Positions 51,961 through 60,585 of a stretch of 64,000 bases of DNA are shown here, in pieces. The notes under the pieces are model-generated. The model had not been told where the DNA came from. It saw nothing but the letters and a program-made list of their open reading frames with translations, and did no database searches. How positions within the stretch are numbered: position 1 is the stretch's first letter; every line of letters starts with the position of its first letter. The stretch is from Candidatus Latescibacterota bacterium. Lineage in GTDB: Bacteria > Latescibacterota > UBA2968 > GCA-2709665. The position numbers were made by a program, and so were the translations under genes. The stretch spans positions 3,712,001 through 3,776,000 of the forward strand of contig CBDCOX010000002.1 in the NCBI GenBank assembly GCA_965219995.1, written 5' to 3'.

Positions 51961-52719
51961 TCACTCCACGTCGAGAATATAACGCGCCAACGGCGAGAGC
52001 CGTCGGGCGGTATCGGGCCGCAGGTACTCGCGCTGGTTGGTCTGTTGTGCGTGCTCCCGGGCGATAAAGGCGCAATGCAGGGTGCGGCGAGGGGCGTCGG
52101 TGCGATTGCGATATGAGCCGTGCCAGAGGCTGCCGTTGAATACTGCGACCGAGCCGGCGCGCCCGGTCAGTTGCACCTGATCCGGGTGATCGGCCATGGA
52201 GTCGGCCACGTGGTCGGAGATCCTGTCGGGCTTGCGGTGGCTGGCGGGGACGCAGCGGGTCGCTCCGTTGGCTCGGGTGAAGTCGTCCAGCATCCACATG
52301 GAGTTGACGACGTGGTAAGGTCCGCCGGGCGCGGTGGGCTGTCCCCAGTCCGTGTGCAGTCCCTGTAACCCGCTGCCGGGCAGGGGATCGTGACCGTTGA
52401 GCGAATGCAGCTTGAACGGCCGCTGCAGGACATGAAATACCGCCGTCAACAAAGTTGGCTGCAGGTAGACATCGTCGAAGACCGTCCCCTTGTTCACCAG
52501 ATCGGCGAGGCGGCGCACGCCCTCCATCTGGGCCACCTCGACGCCGGCCTTGTCGCCCTCGCGGTCAAAGATCGCGTCGAATGCGTGGCGCAACCCGGCC
52601 AGCCAGTCGGGTGCGATGATGTCTTCCAGAATGACGAAGCCATCGGCGTCCAGCGTGCCGCTTTGCGCGGGCGTCAACGCCCGGGGAACGAATCCCCGTT
52701 TCAACAGTTCGTAATCCAT
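51961..52719 (-). CDS. Phytanoyl-CoA dioxygenase (PhyH) family protein
   Basis: DADGF, LHTDW, LDDFTRANGATRCVPASH, LWHG, RR. Confidence 0.92.
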   Translation of the reverse strand: MDYELLKRGFVPRALTPAQSGTLDADGFVILEDIIAPDWLAGLRHAFDAIFDREGDKAGVEVAQMEGVRRLADLVNKGTVFDDVYLQPTLLTAVFHVLQRPFKLHSLNGHDPLPGSGLQGLHTDWGQPTAPGGPYHVVNSMWMLDDFTRANGATRCVPASHRKPDRISDHVADSMADHPDQVQLTGRAGSVAVFNGSLWHGSYRNRTDAPRRTLHCAFIAREHAQQTNQREYLRPDTARRLSPLARYILDVE

Positions 52720-52771
52720 ATCGGTTGTTCCTTGGATGTTTGCGCGGGGACCTCTTCACGGCTCCTCAAGA

Positions 52772-52922
52772 GCGGTGAGAGGGTAGACGTGAGACGGGAG
52801 ATGATATCAGTGCCATATGGTATTTCTTGTCGTTACGATAGTGGTAAATGGACACGCACGGTTTCTGCGGAAACACGGCTGTAGATGTCTTCATCTACCG
52901 TCTACCGACTCACGTCTCCCCG
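52772..52922 (-). repeat. Heptamer-armed dispersed element, type 1, partial copy E (3-prime half, reverse orientation)
   Basis: The reverse complement matches TAGACGGTAGATGAAGACA...GTTTCC..A.AAACCGTG...ATTTACC..T.TC.TAACGAC...CCATA.GGCACT...TCTCCCGTCTC. Confidence 0.8.
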
Positions 52923-53014
52923 CTTCTCGACAAGCGCAATGCGGACAAAGAAACGAGACGGGACGGGTGATTTCGTAAGAATAAACGCAGATTCTCTTTT
53001 TGGAAAAGTACACA

Positions 53015-53608
53015 ATGCCCCGAAAGAGCAGAGTCCTCAGCATCGGTGATACGGCCCCACCATTCGATCTGCCCTCGCACCAGCAGGGGTACGTATCGCT
53101 GGCATCGTCTCGGGAGAAAGAACACGTTGTTCTGACGTTTTTTCGGGGGACCTGGTGAAGAAGAAGCCGTCGTCAGTTGGCGACTGTGCAGGAATATGTG
53201 GACGAGTACGCCAAACGCAACGCGGCCTCCATCGCCATTGCCGCGGGACAGCCGCTTTGGGAGATGCGCGAATACGCGGAACGCAGCGGCGCTACCTTTC
53301 CGCTCCTGGCGGACCAGAACTGGAGCGCCATCAGGAGCTACGGGGTGCATCACTGGTTCGGCCTGGCGCTGCACAACTTCGCGTATCGCATCGTCCGCCC
53401 CGCGACGTCGATATTCGGCAATCCAGGCCGCCGTCTGCACAAATGGACCGGCCTGGCGAATCAGGGACTGAGCAACAGCATCGCCCGCCCCGCGACGTTT
53501 ATCGTCGACAGCAGCGGCGTAATCAGATATATATACATCGGATCGAGTCAGTTTGATCTGGCCGACCAGGAGAAGATTCTCGAACACCTGGATTCGTTGG
53601 CGACGTGA
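53015..53608 (+). CDS. Peroxiredoxin-like (AhpC/TSA, PRX-like2) selenoprotein with in-frame UGA at 53156-53158, 197 aa
   Basis: ATG 53015 is in frame with ORF 53177..53608: MPRKSRVLSIGDTAPPFDLPS...VVLTFFRGTW-U-RRSRRQL...FPLLADQN...ARPATFIVDSSGVIRYIYIG. The UGA sits at the catalytic Cys position of the FxRGxWCPxC motif. Confidence 0.87.
53166..53189 (+). promoter_or_regulatory. Bacterial SECIS-like hairpin
   Basis: After UGA: GUCGUC-AGUU-GGCGAC (6-bp stem with one G-U pair), with G at +18 in the loop and possible lower GC pairs. Confidence 0.65.
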
Positions 53609-53759
53609 GGTCCGGAAAGCTGGACCTCTCCCCCCGGCTCCTCAAAAGGAGCGGTCAGCTATCAGTTTACGGCGGTTAGCTAAAAGCGGAAGGCAAGAGC
53701 GAAAACCAAATTCAACGTCCACATCTCCCCAAATTCCCTGCCTACGGCGTGTTCCTTAA

Positions 53760-54155
53760 AAGCGGGGAGACGGAAGACGGGAGAGGGTAGAGGACCACAT
53801 CCCGCCCCAACACCGGGTGAAACGGAAGACGGGAGAGGGTAGAGATTACCTGCCTCGTGAGGTCTCGTATCGTGCCGAAGGCAAAAAAGTACAAAATAGC
53901 GGGCAAGGGCTTCTTCTCCCGTCTCACCTCTACCGTCTTACCGCCCTTTGGTGACCTCTCCCTCCGGCCCCTTAGACCTCTCTCCCCGGCCCTCTCTCCT
54001 AAAGGAAAGAGGGAGACAGGCCGGACGTCGACTCGCCGGTTTTCTATAGAGACTCTCATTGAAAGGAAATCGCCGTCCCGGAAAGTCTGCAAGTCCGGTA
54101 CATGCACCCGTTACCGTTCCCCCTTCCTTTAGGAAGGGGGCCAGGGGGTAGGTCC
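53760..54155. repeat. Repeat cluster: heptamer arms, reverse type-2 element and CCCTCTC/GAGGG-type palindromes
   Basis: GAGACGG/GAGGGTA arms at 53765-53840, type-2 core in reverse at 53823-53945, and CCCCTTCCT-TT-AGGAAGGGG at about 54120-54139. Confidence 0.7.
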
Positions 54156-54210
54156 GGGAGACGGATGGGAAGTTGAGCTGGGGACCGGGCAAATTCAAAG
54201 GATAGTTAGA

Positions 54211-54510
54211 ATGTATAAAGACATCATCAGTTACGAGTTGGCTGAGAACATCTCGGAGGAACATCTACTGACGGTTGCACGTGAGGTCCTGGTGAACTGG
54301 ATGAGCAGACAGTCAGGTTTCCAAAAGTGGGAGATTCACCGGAATCGTGACGGAGATTATACCGATATCGTCTACTGGGAATCCGAGGGCGACGCGAAGA
54401 ACGCGCAAGCAGACATGGTCAATATCCCAAATGCCGCGGATTGGTATTCCTGCTATAAGGAAGGCTCAATTTCAAGCATGAATCTTGATCACGTCGCGAC
54501 GTTCGAATAG
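54211..54510 (+). CDS. Hypothetical protein, dimeric alpha-beta barrel (ABM-like)
   Basis: WMSRQSGF...YTDIVYWES..DAKNA pattern. Confidence 0.65.
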   Translation: MYKDIISYELAENISEEHLLTVAREVLVNWMSRQSGFQKWEIHRNRDGDYTDIVYWESEGDAKNAQADMVNIPNAADWYSCYKEGSISSMNLDHVATFE

Positions 54511-54596
54511 CATGGGTCTGCCAGGAAATCAACCCAAACTCCCTTGTCGGCGGCTTGATCGTTCCACCTATGATTCAATCCATTCAGGAGACGCTC

Positions 54597-55367
54597 ATGC
54601 TTTCGCAAGCGCAGTTGGCGCAATATGACCGGGACGGGTACGTGATGGTGTCGGGGCTGATTCCGGAAGAGACAATCGCAGGCGCGGAGGCGGCGATGTG
54701 GTCTGTCCTCGGCATGGACCGCGACGATCCTGCTTCGTGGTCTCCTCTACCGGGCGATGCAGATGGCGTAACGACGGTGGCCAGCCAGGGGGTGGTTGAA
54801 CATTTCGGGCTCAAGGACCCTGAGCTGCTGGCGTGTTGTACTCCTGCGTTTTACGAAGTGCAGAGCCAGCTTGCCCGCGAAAATGAAGATGCGTTTCACT
54901 GCCGGAGACCACAGCCCGAGGCGGTCTGGACGCGCAGCGTATTTCCGGTTTCAGGAAGCTGGAGTCACCACAGCGGGCATGCTGATGGCGTACATCGACC
55001 GTTCAGCATCTTTCCCGGATCATTCCGCGTCTCGTCGCTGACGTATCTCGATTCCGGTGTCGCGCAGGGTGGCGGAACGGCAGTCTGGCCGGGTTCGCAT
55101 CGTACGCTCAGAGATGGGGCGGTGCGGGATCCCGACAGGTTTCGCATGCTGCCGGATTTACAGAACCCAACGCAAAAGTTCGATCTGAGCGCGCCCATTG
55201 AGTTGACACCGTCCCGGGGCGACGTTCTGTTCTTCCACTATCTGCTGGTCCACGCCGGATCGCTCAATACCGGCAACAAACCGCGTTTCGCAATCCGATG
55301 GATGTGTACCTGCGACGCCTGCCGTATCTGGGAAAAGCACGGCAGGTGGAATATCTGGATGCCGTGA
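54597..55367 (+). CDS. Phytanoyl-CoA dioxygenase (PhyH) family protein
   Basis: MLSQAQLAQYDRDGY, GHADG (HxD), GGTAVWPGSH, GDVLFFHYLLVHAG, PR; RBS AGGAG. Confidence 0.88.
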   Translation: MLSQAQLAQYDRDGYVMVSGLIPEETIAGAEAAMWSVLGMDRDDPASWSPLPGDADGVTTVASQGVVEHFGLKDPELLACCTPAFYEVQSQLARENEDAFHCRRPQPEAVWTRSVFPVSGSWSHHSGHADGVHRPFSIFPGSFRVSSLTYLDSGVAQGGGTAVWPGSHRTLRDGAVRDPDRFRMLPDLQNPTQKFDLSAPIELTPSRGDVLFFHYLLVHAGSLNTGNKPRFAIRWMCTCDACRIWEKHGRWNIWMP

Positions 55368-55770
55368 AGTAGATTGGCAACGCGCTGTGGCGATCCGGGG
55401 CATTTCGACAAGCTCAGAGTCCACATTTTCGCTTTCGTTCAGTAACCCTATTCCTCGGTCGATCTATCCGACACATTTGCACGAATTGAAAATGGACTGA
55501 TCGCATATTTCCGTAGGGCTCACCCTGCATTTCTACTATCAATACATCACAATAGACACAACCCGGTCAATGATACGTCGACCTTGCTCTGAGAAATAGC
55601 GCTCTGCAATTGCACAGAGCGCTTTTCGAAAACCGACTCATTAAAGGGCGGGAAAGCCCGTTTGGGTCTTTGGTTACCCGTCGTGTAGTCCAGCGAATTG
55701 GGCTTCAGGTTATACGCTACCAGCTGGAACCTCAGCCCGAAAGTTCTTGTACTTTTCCAATACGCCGGCA

Positions 55771-56796
55771 TTACGTCGTGCGCCGTCCAAGTAGGATCTG
55801 CTCGACTTGATCCTCGTCAAGGAAATCCAACGCATTACGTAAACCAGAATCGTTCTGTCCCGGTGGTTGTGCCGGTAATAGTTCAAACCACGGTTCTTTA
55901 TAATCCTCCCTAACTTGCAATAATGGAGACCTGAGCAAGGGCAATGCCGATTGAGGACCAGATAACATATGGGAGGGAGCTATATCATAAGCAAAGTGCA
56001 GCATAGGAATCTTGTTTGCACCATTGTACAAAACAGTTGGCCTTGCTGACACACATACATCCGAGTTACCTGCGGCTATAGCAATCATGTAACCCAATGT
56101 GCCGTGAACCAGTCTTGCCGCCTCTTCGGCTTGAGATTCCGCACTATCCAACAAAAAGCTGATCGTTTCGCTGGTCTCGGCATCCGCCACTTCCTTTGAA
56201 GCAGTCAAGAATTGCCGCATTTGTTTCCTATCACGAGGCCCAAAGAGCTTGGACTCAACCGTGAGCATTAGAAGCCAAGGCTGCCATGCATCTTGACGAT
56301 CAGTAGCGAATAGACGCCTTATCGCATTAGCTCTTTTTTTGACTACGCGACCGCCGCGATCATATGGCAGGAATTTTCCAAAATAGTCAAGGTATAAGAC
56401 GTCAAAATCCCATATGTAACCAAATCCCTGACGGTACGTAGTTGAGACAAATTCCGATTTTGGTTTTCCACCCTTATTCTTTAAGATCACCGTGTCGACA
56501 TCTCCCAAATGGGCTCGATATCGAATAGTACCAAACTGTGTACTTAATATATGGTTCACCTTCTGAAATCGTTCGGCACAGAATTCTACAGCAGCAACGT
56601 AATCGCAAAGGCCCCCCCAGCAGCGTAAATCCAGGGCTTCCTCACCAGGCAAGCCAAAATACCTGATTCTTCCCTTTTTTCTTCGAGCCACCGCCCTGAC
56701 CAACGGAAGGTCATACTTTTCTCTAACCAAATTTTTCTCTTCGCTTGAGTAATAGTTCATATTCGACTGACCGCGCCCTCGCGCCATTGCATCCAC
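55771..56796 (-). CDS. Putative SAM-dependent methyltransferase-fold protein
   Basis: IRYFGLPGEEALD (motif I-like), YVAAVE, AHLGDV and FDVLYLDYFG (motif IV-like). Starts 3 bp after the ATPase stop; alternative start at 56760. Confidence 0.6.
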   Translation of the reverse strand: MDAMARGRGQSNMNYYSSEEKNLVREKYDLPLVRAVARRKKGRIRYFGLPGEEALDLRCWGGLCDYVAAVEFCAERFQKVNHILSTQFGTIRYRAHLGDVDTVILKNKGGKPKSEFVSTTYRQGFGYIWDFDVLYLDYFGKFLPYDRGGRVVKKRANAIRRLFATDRQDAWQPWLLMLTVESKLFGPRDRKQMRQFLTASKEVADAETSETISFLLDSAESQAEEAARLVHGTLGYMIAIAAGNSDVCVSARPTVLYNGANKIPMLHFAYDIAPSHMLSGPQSALPLLRSPLLQVREDYKEPWFELLPAQPPGQNDSGLRNALDFLDEDQVEQILLGRRTT

Positions 56797-56799
56797 TAA

Positions 56800-58662
56800 C
56801 TAACTTCCTATTTCCTCGGCAATTGCTTCAACTACTGCTCTTAGAACCGTTTCATATCTCTCTCCCCTCCCGCCCAGCCCAACAACTAGCCCTCGGTCAA
56901 TTGCGCTTATAAGACATTCCTGTTGTTTGCCTTCTAATGTAATTCCTTGCTGTGCCAACGCCTCTCCTAGTGACACTGGTGCCAAGGGTGACCAACCGAG
57001 AAGGGCTCTCAACTGTCTGCGAGAGGACTCTAATTCGGGACCAAGGTCGACGCCTGTTGCCTTGAGTTCGTCAAGGACTCCTATTGCTCTCGTAACTGAC
57101 CTAGTATTGATGGAAGATACCAAAGCCTCAGCCGCTTTCTTATATCGAACATCACCTGTCTCGTCCGCTATCCCGAGTGCAGCGCTCAATGCGTTTTTTA
57201 ATAACATCTCCTGGGGCGGAGGTTGGGTAGCTTTGCGTCGTTTTCGTTCTGCACTCCTTTCAGCTGCCCTAGCGACACCTCCCAATTGGCTTATTGCCGA
57301 TTGAAGTCGCTCGACTACATTGTCCAAAAGACCCTGTTGTACATCATCAAATTGGACTCGCGGGCGCCCGCGTGGTTTTCGCTTATGGGTCGCAATCTGT
57401 TGATGCACGTTCTCGAGATTTTTGCGATAGTTCTCGCTGTTCCTATAGACCTCGAAGCTGTTTGAGTTTGGTGCAACCTCTAGTTTGCGTAATTGTTCGA
57501 TGGTGTCATCGATTCCCTCAAGTAGCCGATCTGCCCTCATCATCGCCTGCATAGCTCGAGCCTTGTGACTAAGAGGATAAAAGAAATCTTCAGCTTGCTT
57601 TGCGAAAAGTTGACGGGCTGGGCTGGATTCTAGATCATTCCGCGCAGCATTAGGATAGATCTGATCTGTTGCCAATATGTGAACTTCCCCTGTATAGTGA
57701 TGGTATAGAGTCCCCCCTCCAACGGCGGGCCAAAGCCCTTTGAGCGCAAGCCTATCCCCTAAAGTGAACCCCTTTACCTTCAATAGGAAGCCGCTTACTT
57801 CTGAACCCTCATTCATGGGTAGCTGTCTTCCATTGGTAGACAGTGCGTACCACACGAAAGCCAATGCTGTGCCGTCTGGTGCTTTTATCCAATCAGCTTC
57901 GGGGCTGTATACTCCAGACGCGACTGGAGGAAAAACCTCGACTTCACTTTCGTCAGCGATTCGAAGAGTAATCCGAACTGGATTTAGCTTAACGTACTCT
58001 TCAAGCCATCCATTGACCTTTTCGCCAAAGCCATCTTCTGGGAAAGCCACAGGAATCGTATTTAGAAGATATTCGTTGACCTCTGCTGCATTGTTGAGTT
58101 GCGCTCGGTATTCGTCGCCCAATCCATCTAACTCCACCACCGTAAAGTGCTCGTCCACATCGCCATAGTAAGGTTCAACGAACAACTCACTATATTGGTA
58201 CATTAGATCTGGAAGTCCAACACCTTGACGGGAATCAGAAGCTTTGTCGGCTTCAAGCAAGCGGCGCATTTCGCCAAATTGAAAGGTCCAGCCAACAAGG
58301 TTTTCCATCCCGCCTTGCTTGCTAGTGATCGTCATCTCTTCACATATGCCGAACCCCGAATAGATGCCAATGCCGCGATATCCGACCATTTCTCTAGGGC
58401 TTTTTTCAGACATTCCAAATCGCCGAGCGACCCGGACCCCCTCTTCATTCATGCCATGACCATCATCTCTGATCACAGCGTGGGAGCCATCGACTGTAAT
58501 GAAAATGTGCTCAGCTTCCGCATCCACTCCGTTCTGGACGTACTCCCTTAGTGCATCTTTCGCATCGGAGTACAAGCCTCGTGAAAGGATGTCCAATAGC
58601 TCCCCGCCTACCTCCCAACTCTCTAGCTGAACTCGCCGCGTGTGGCGTTCACTCTGATTCAT
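56800..58662 (-). CDS. GHKL (MORC/Hsp90-like) ATPase with a helical/coiled-coil C-terminus
   Basis: LREYVQNGVDA (N-box), IRDDGHGM (G1), VGYRGIGIYSG (G2), FTVVEL (G3), transducer motif GEVH...PNAARNDLE. Confidence 0.85.
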   Translation of the reverse strand: MNQSERHTRRVQLESWEVGGELLDILSRGLYSDAKDALREYVQNGVDAEAEHIFITVDGSHAVIRDDGHGMNEEGVRVARRFGMSEKSPREMVGYRGIGIYSGFGICEEMTITSKQGGMENLVGWTFQFGEMRRLLEADKASDSRQGVGLPDLMYQYSELFVEPYYGDVDEHFTVVELDGLGDEYRAQLNNAAEVNEYLLNTIPVAFPEDGFGEKVNGWLEEYVKLNPVRITLRIADESEVEVFPPVASGVYSPEADWIKAPDGTALAFVWYALSTNGRQLPMNEGSEVSGFLLKVKGFTLGDRLALKGLWPAVGGGTLYHHYTGEVHILATDQIYPNAARNDLESSPARQLFAKQAEDFFYPLSHKARAMQAMMRADRLLEGIDDTIEQLRKLEVAPNSNSFEVYRNSENYRKNLENVHQQIATHKRKPRGRPRVQFDDVQQGLLDNVVERLQSAISQLGGVARAAERSAERKRRKATQPPPQEMLLKNALSAALGIADETGDVRYKKAAEALVSSINTRSVTRAIGVLDELKATGVDLGPELESSRRQLRALLGWSPLAPVSLGEALAQQGITLEGKQQECLISAIDRGLVVGLGGRGERYETVLRAVVEAIAEEIGS

Positions 58663-58751
58663 ATGGGCAGGCCTCTGTAGCAATTAGAATTCAGGAACAT
58701 CGGATGAAGTTTTCTGACCAACTTTTGAATTGTCGAATACAGAGTCGCAGA

Positions 58752-58781
58752 ATTATAGAAATCGTAATGCAAAATGGCGAA
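58752..58781 (-). promoter_or_regulatory. Possible internal promoter before the second ATPase
   Basis: Perfect TATAAT on the minus strand at 58752-58757 with a weak -35 (TTCGCC, 18-nt spacer), in the only long gap of the cassette. Confidence 0.3.
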
Positions 58782-59001
58782 TTCAAAGATTGAGACATCA
58801 AAGCCGCGGTTCAGTTCATCTCGGAACTGCCGTCACGACAGAAAAATCCAAGAATATACCGTTTCGTCTACCAATTAAGCTCACTGAGCATTTCCCGTTC
58901 AGGCGAAGGCAGAATCTATCGCAAAGAGAAGAAACCATTGTTTACTTCGATTGGACGATAAAGCCCAGCAGACCGAGCTCTATCCGCCACAGGTCGAACG
59001 A

Positions 59002-60585
59002 TCAGCGACTTGAGGCGGCCACTGTGTTCGGTTGCATCGCGTTGTACACTTCTCTGAACGCCCGCGCAACACGCCCACTTCCACCAAGATTGAAGCTGAC
59101 GTTGCGAACTTTCGCATTCAATCGCCACATCAGCCCCTCAATAGAGTTGTAGTCGTGAACCGAAAGTGCCGTGTACTTGCGGCGATTGTAGTCGAGGAAC
59201 GGAAGCAACTTGCCGTTTAGATGGTGCAGATCGAAGCCTTTGTCTTCGATGTATGGTCGGTATTGCTCGAACAGTGGTGTACTTGGCACCGGTGTGAACA
59301 GCATCGGAATCACGGAGCCGACACGGCTAGAGGCAAATGTGATTGTGTCGTACACAGCTTGCAGGTCTTCGTCTGGTAGGCCGAAGAGGATAAAGCAGTT
59401 GATGTCTTGGCAACGCGACTTGAATCCGGCCTTCTCAGCATTTTTCAACGCGTAGAAAAACTTGCCCATGTTTGTGTGAGTCCGTTGCCACGATTTGGCC
59501 ATGTTGGCGTTGACAGTTTCGAGCGGTAAATACAACCTCCTAAAGCCAGCGTCACGCATCAGTTGGACGGTGTCTTCGTGCAGCAGGCGGACTTCGATAC
59601 CCTCCGGTGCGTGCAGTTTGATCCCTTTCAAATCGCGATCGTTGCTAATGAGCCGGCAAAGCTGCTTGAAATTCTCTCTACCGAGCAGCAGGTTGTCTTC
59701 GTAAAAACAGAATTCGCGAATTCCTTGTTCAAACCGCCGTTTGATCTCGTCGTACGCGACTTCGGATTCCCGAACCCAGATCTTTCGGCCTTCGTTCAAT
59801 ACGTTGGCCGAACAGTAAGAACATTTGAAGGGGCAGCCTCGACTCGTCGTCATGATGAGGTAATCGGGCAATCTCTCACCTTCTTCTCCTTCTTCTTCGT
59901 CGCCCGCGCCGTCTTTTTCGTACAACTCAATGGCAAGTGGGAGTGGATTCGCATCGGGAATCGTCGCCGATACTACGATGTCACGTCTCTTCTGCTCGGC
60001 ATTGAGGGGATCAAGCTCGCGACCCATTAAATGCACGGGGTTATTCAATCCAAGGTTCTGCATCGCATGTTCGGGAATAAGTGTGGGATAGATTCCACCA
60101 ACACGGAAAACGGCCCTTGGAAACACCTGCCGACAGACTTCAATGACGTCACGGGTACTTTCCCACCAGTACGTCATGATCGACGATATCCAGATTTCAT
60201 CTGGCTCTGGAAAGGCTACTTCGTCGAATAGCGATTCACGTGCATACCTAGCTCGCGCCTTGATTGCTTCGAGCCGTTTTCGCAGTTCCTCGAGCGACAT
60301 GCCGAAAACGTATTCGATCTTTTCGTCGGGCTGCGATTCGTAATTGGTCCATTTATCCGGGGTGAAGGGTTCGTCTGCGGAACAGAGTTTTCGTACGCAG
60401 CGCTTTCGCTTTGGCACGGTTCGCCGCTTGTTGGCCTCCATGCAGTCAATCAGCTTCAGCATGTAGCCCTTGCTCTGAAGCCACGACGCAACGCGCAACA
60501 GCCCATAGGGCATACTCCAGTTTGCCCAATACTGTACGTCGTAGACAGGCGGGCTAATCAATAACGCTGAGGGGGAACGCTTCAA
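59002..60585 (-). CDS. B12-binding domain radical SAM protein (class B-like), intact
   Basis: LLISPPVYD...PYGLLRVASWL, PDEIWISSIMTYWW, VGGIYPTL, TSRGCPFKCSYC, FYEDNL, LPLET, FILFGLPDE, FTPVPSTPL. TTG start at 60585 with RBS GGGAGG inside the end of the upstream gene. Confidence 0.9.
   Translation of the reverse strand: MKRSPSALLISPPVYDVQYWANWSMPYGLLRVASWLQSKGYMLKLIDCMEANKRRTVPKRKRCVRKLCSADEPFTPDKWTNYESQPDEKIEYVFGMSLEELRKRLEAIKARARYARESLFDEVAFPEPDEIWISSIMTYWWESTRDVIEVCRQVFPRAVFRVGGIYPTLIPEHAMQNLGLNNPVHLMGRELDPLNAEQKRRDIVVSATIPDANPLPLAIELYEKDGAGDEEEGEEGERLPDYLIMTTSRGCPFKCSYCSANVLNEGRKIWVRESEVAYDEIKRRFEQGIREFCFYEDNLLLGRENFKQLCRLISNDRDLKGIKLHAPEGIEVRLLHEDTVQLMRDAGFRRLYLPLETVNANMAKSWQRTHTNMGKFFYALKNAEKAGFKSRCQDINCFILFGLPDEDLQAVYDTITFASSRVGSVIPMLFTPVPSTPLFEQYRPYIEDKGFDLHHLNGKLLPFLDYNRRKYTALSVHDYNSIEGLMWRLNAKVRNVSFNLGGSGRVARAFREVYNAMQPNTVAASSR

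Noticed and set aside
52910-53587. 225-aa minus-strand ORF
   Set aside because: Antisense to the peroxiredoxin-like selenoprotein, with no recognisable motifs.
55547-55771. 74-aa ORF coupled (TAATG) to the end of the five-gene cassette
   Set aside because: No recognisable motif or RBS, and too short to support. Worth rechecking only if it is conserved in syntenic loci.
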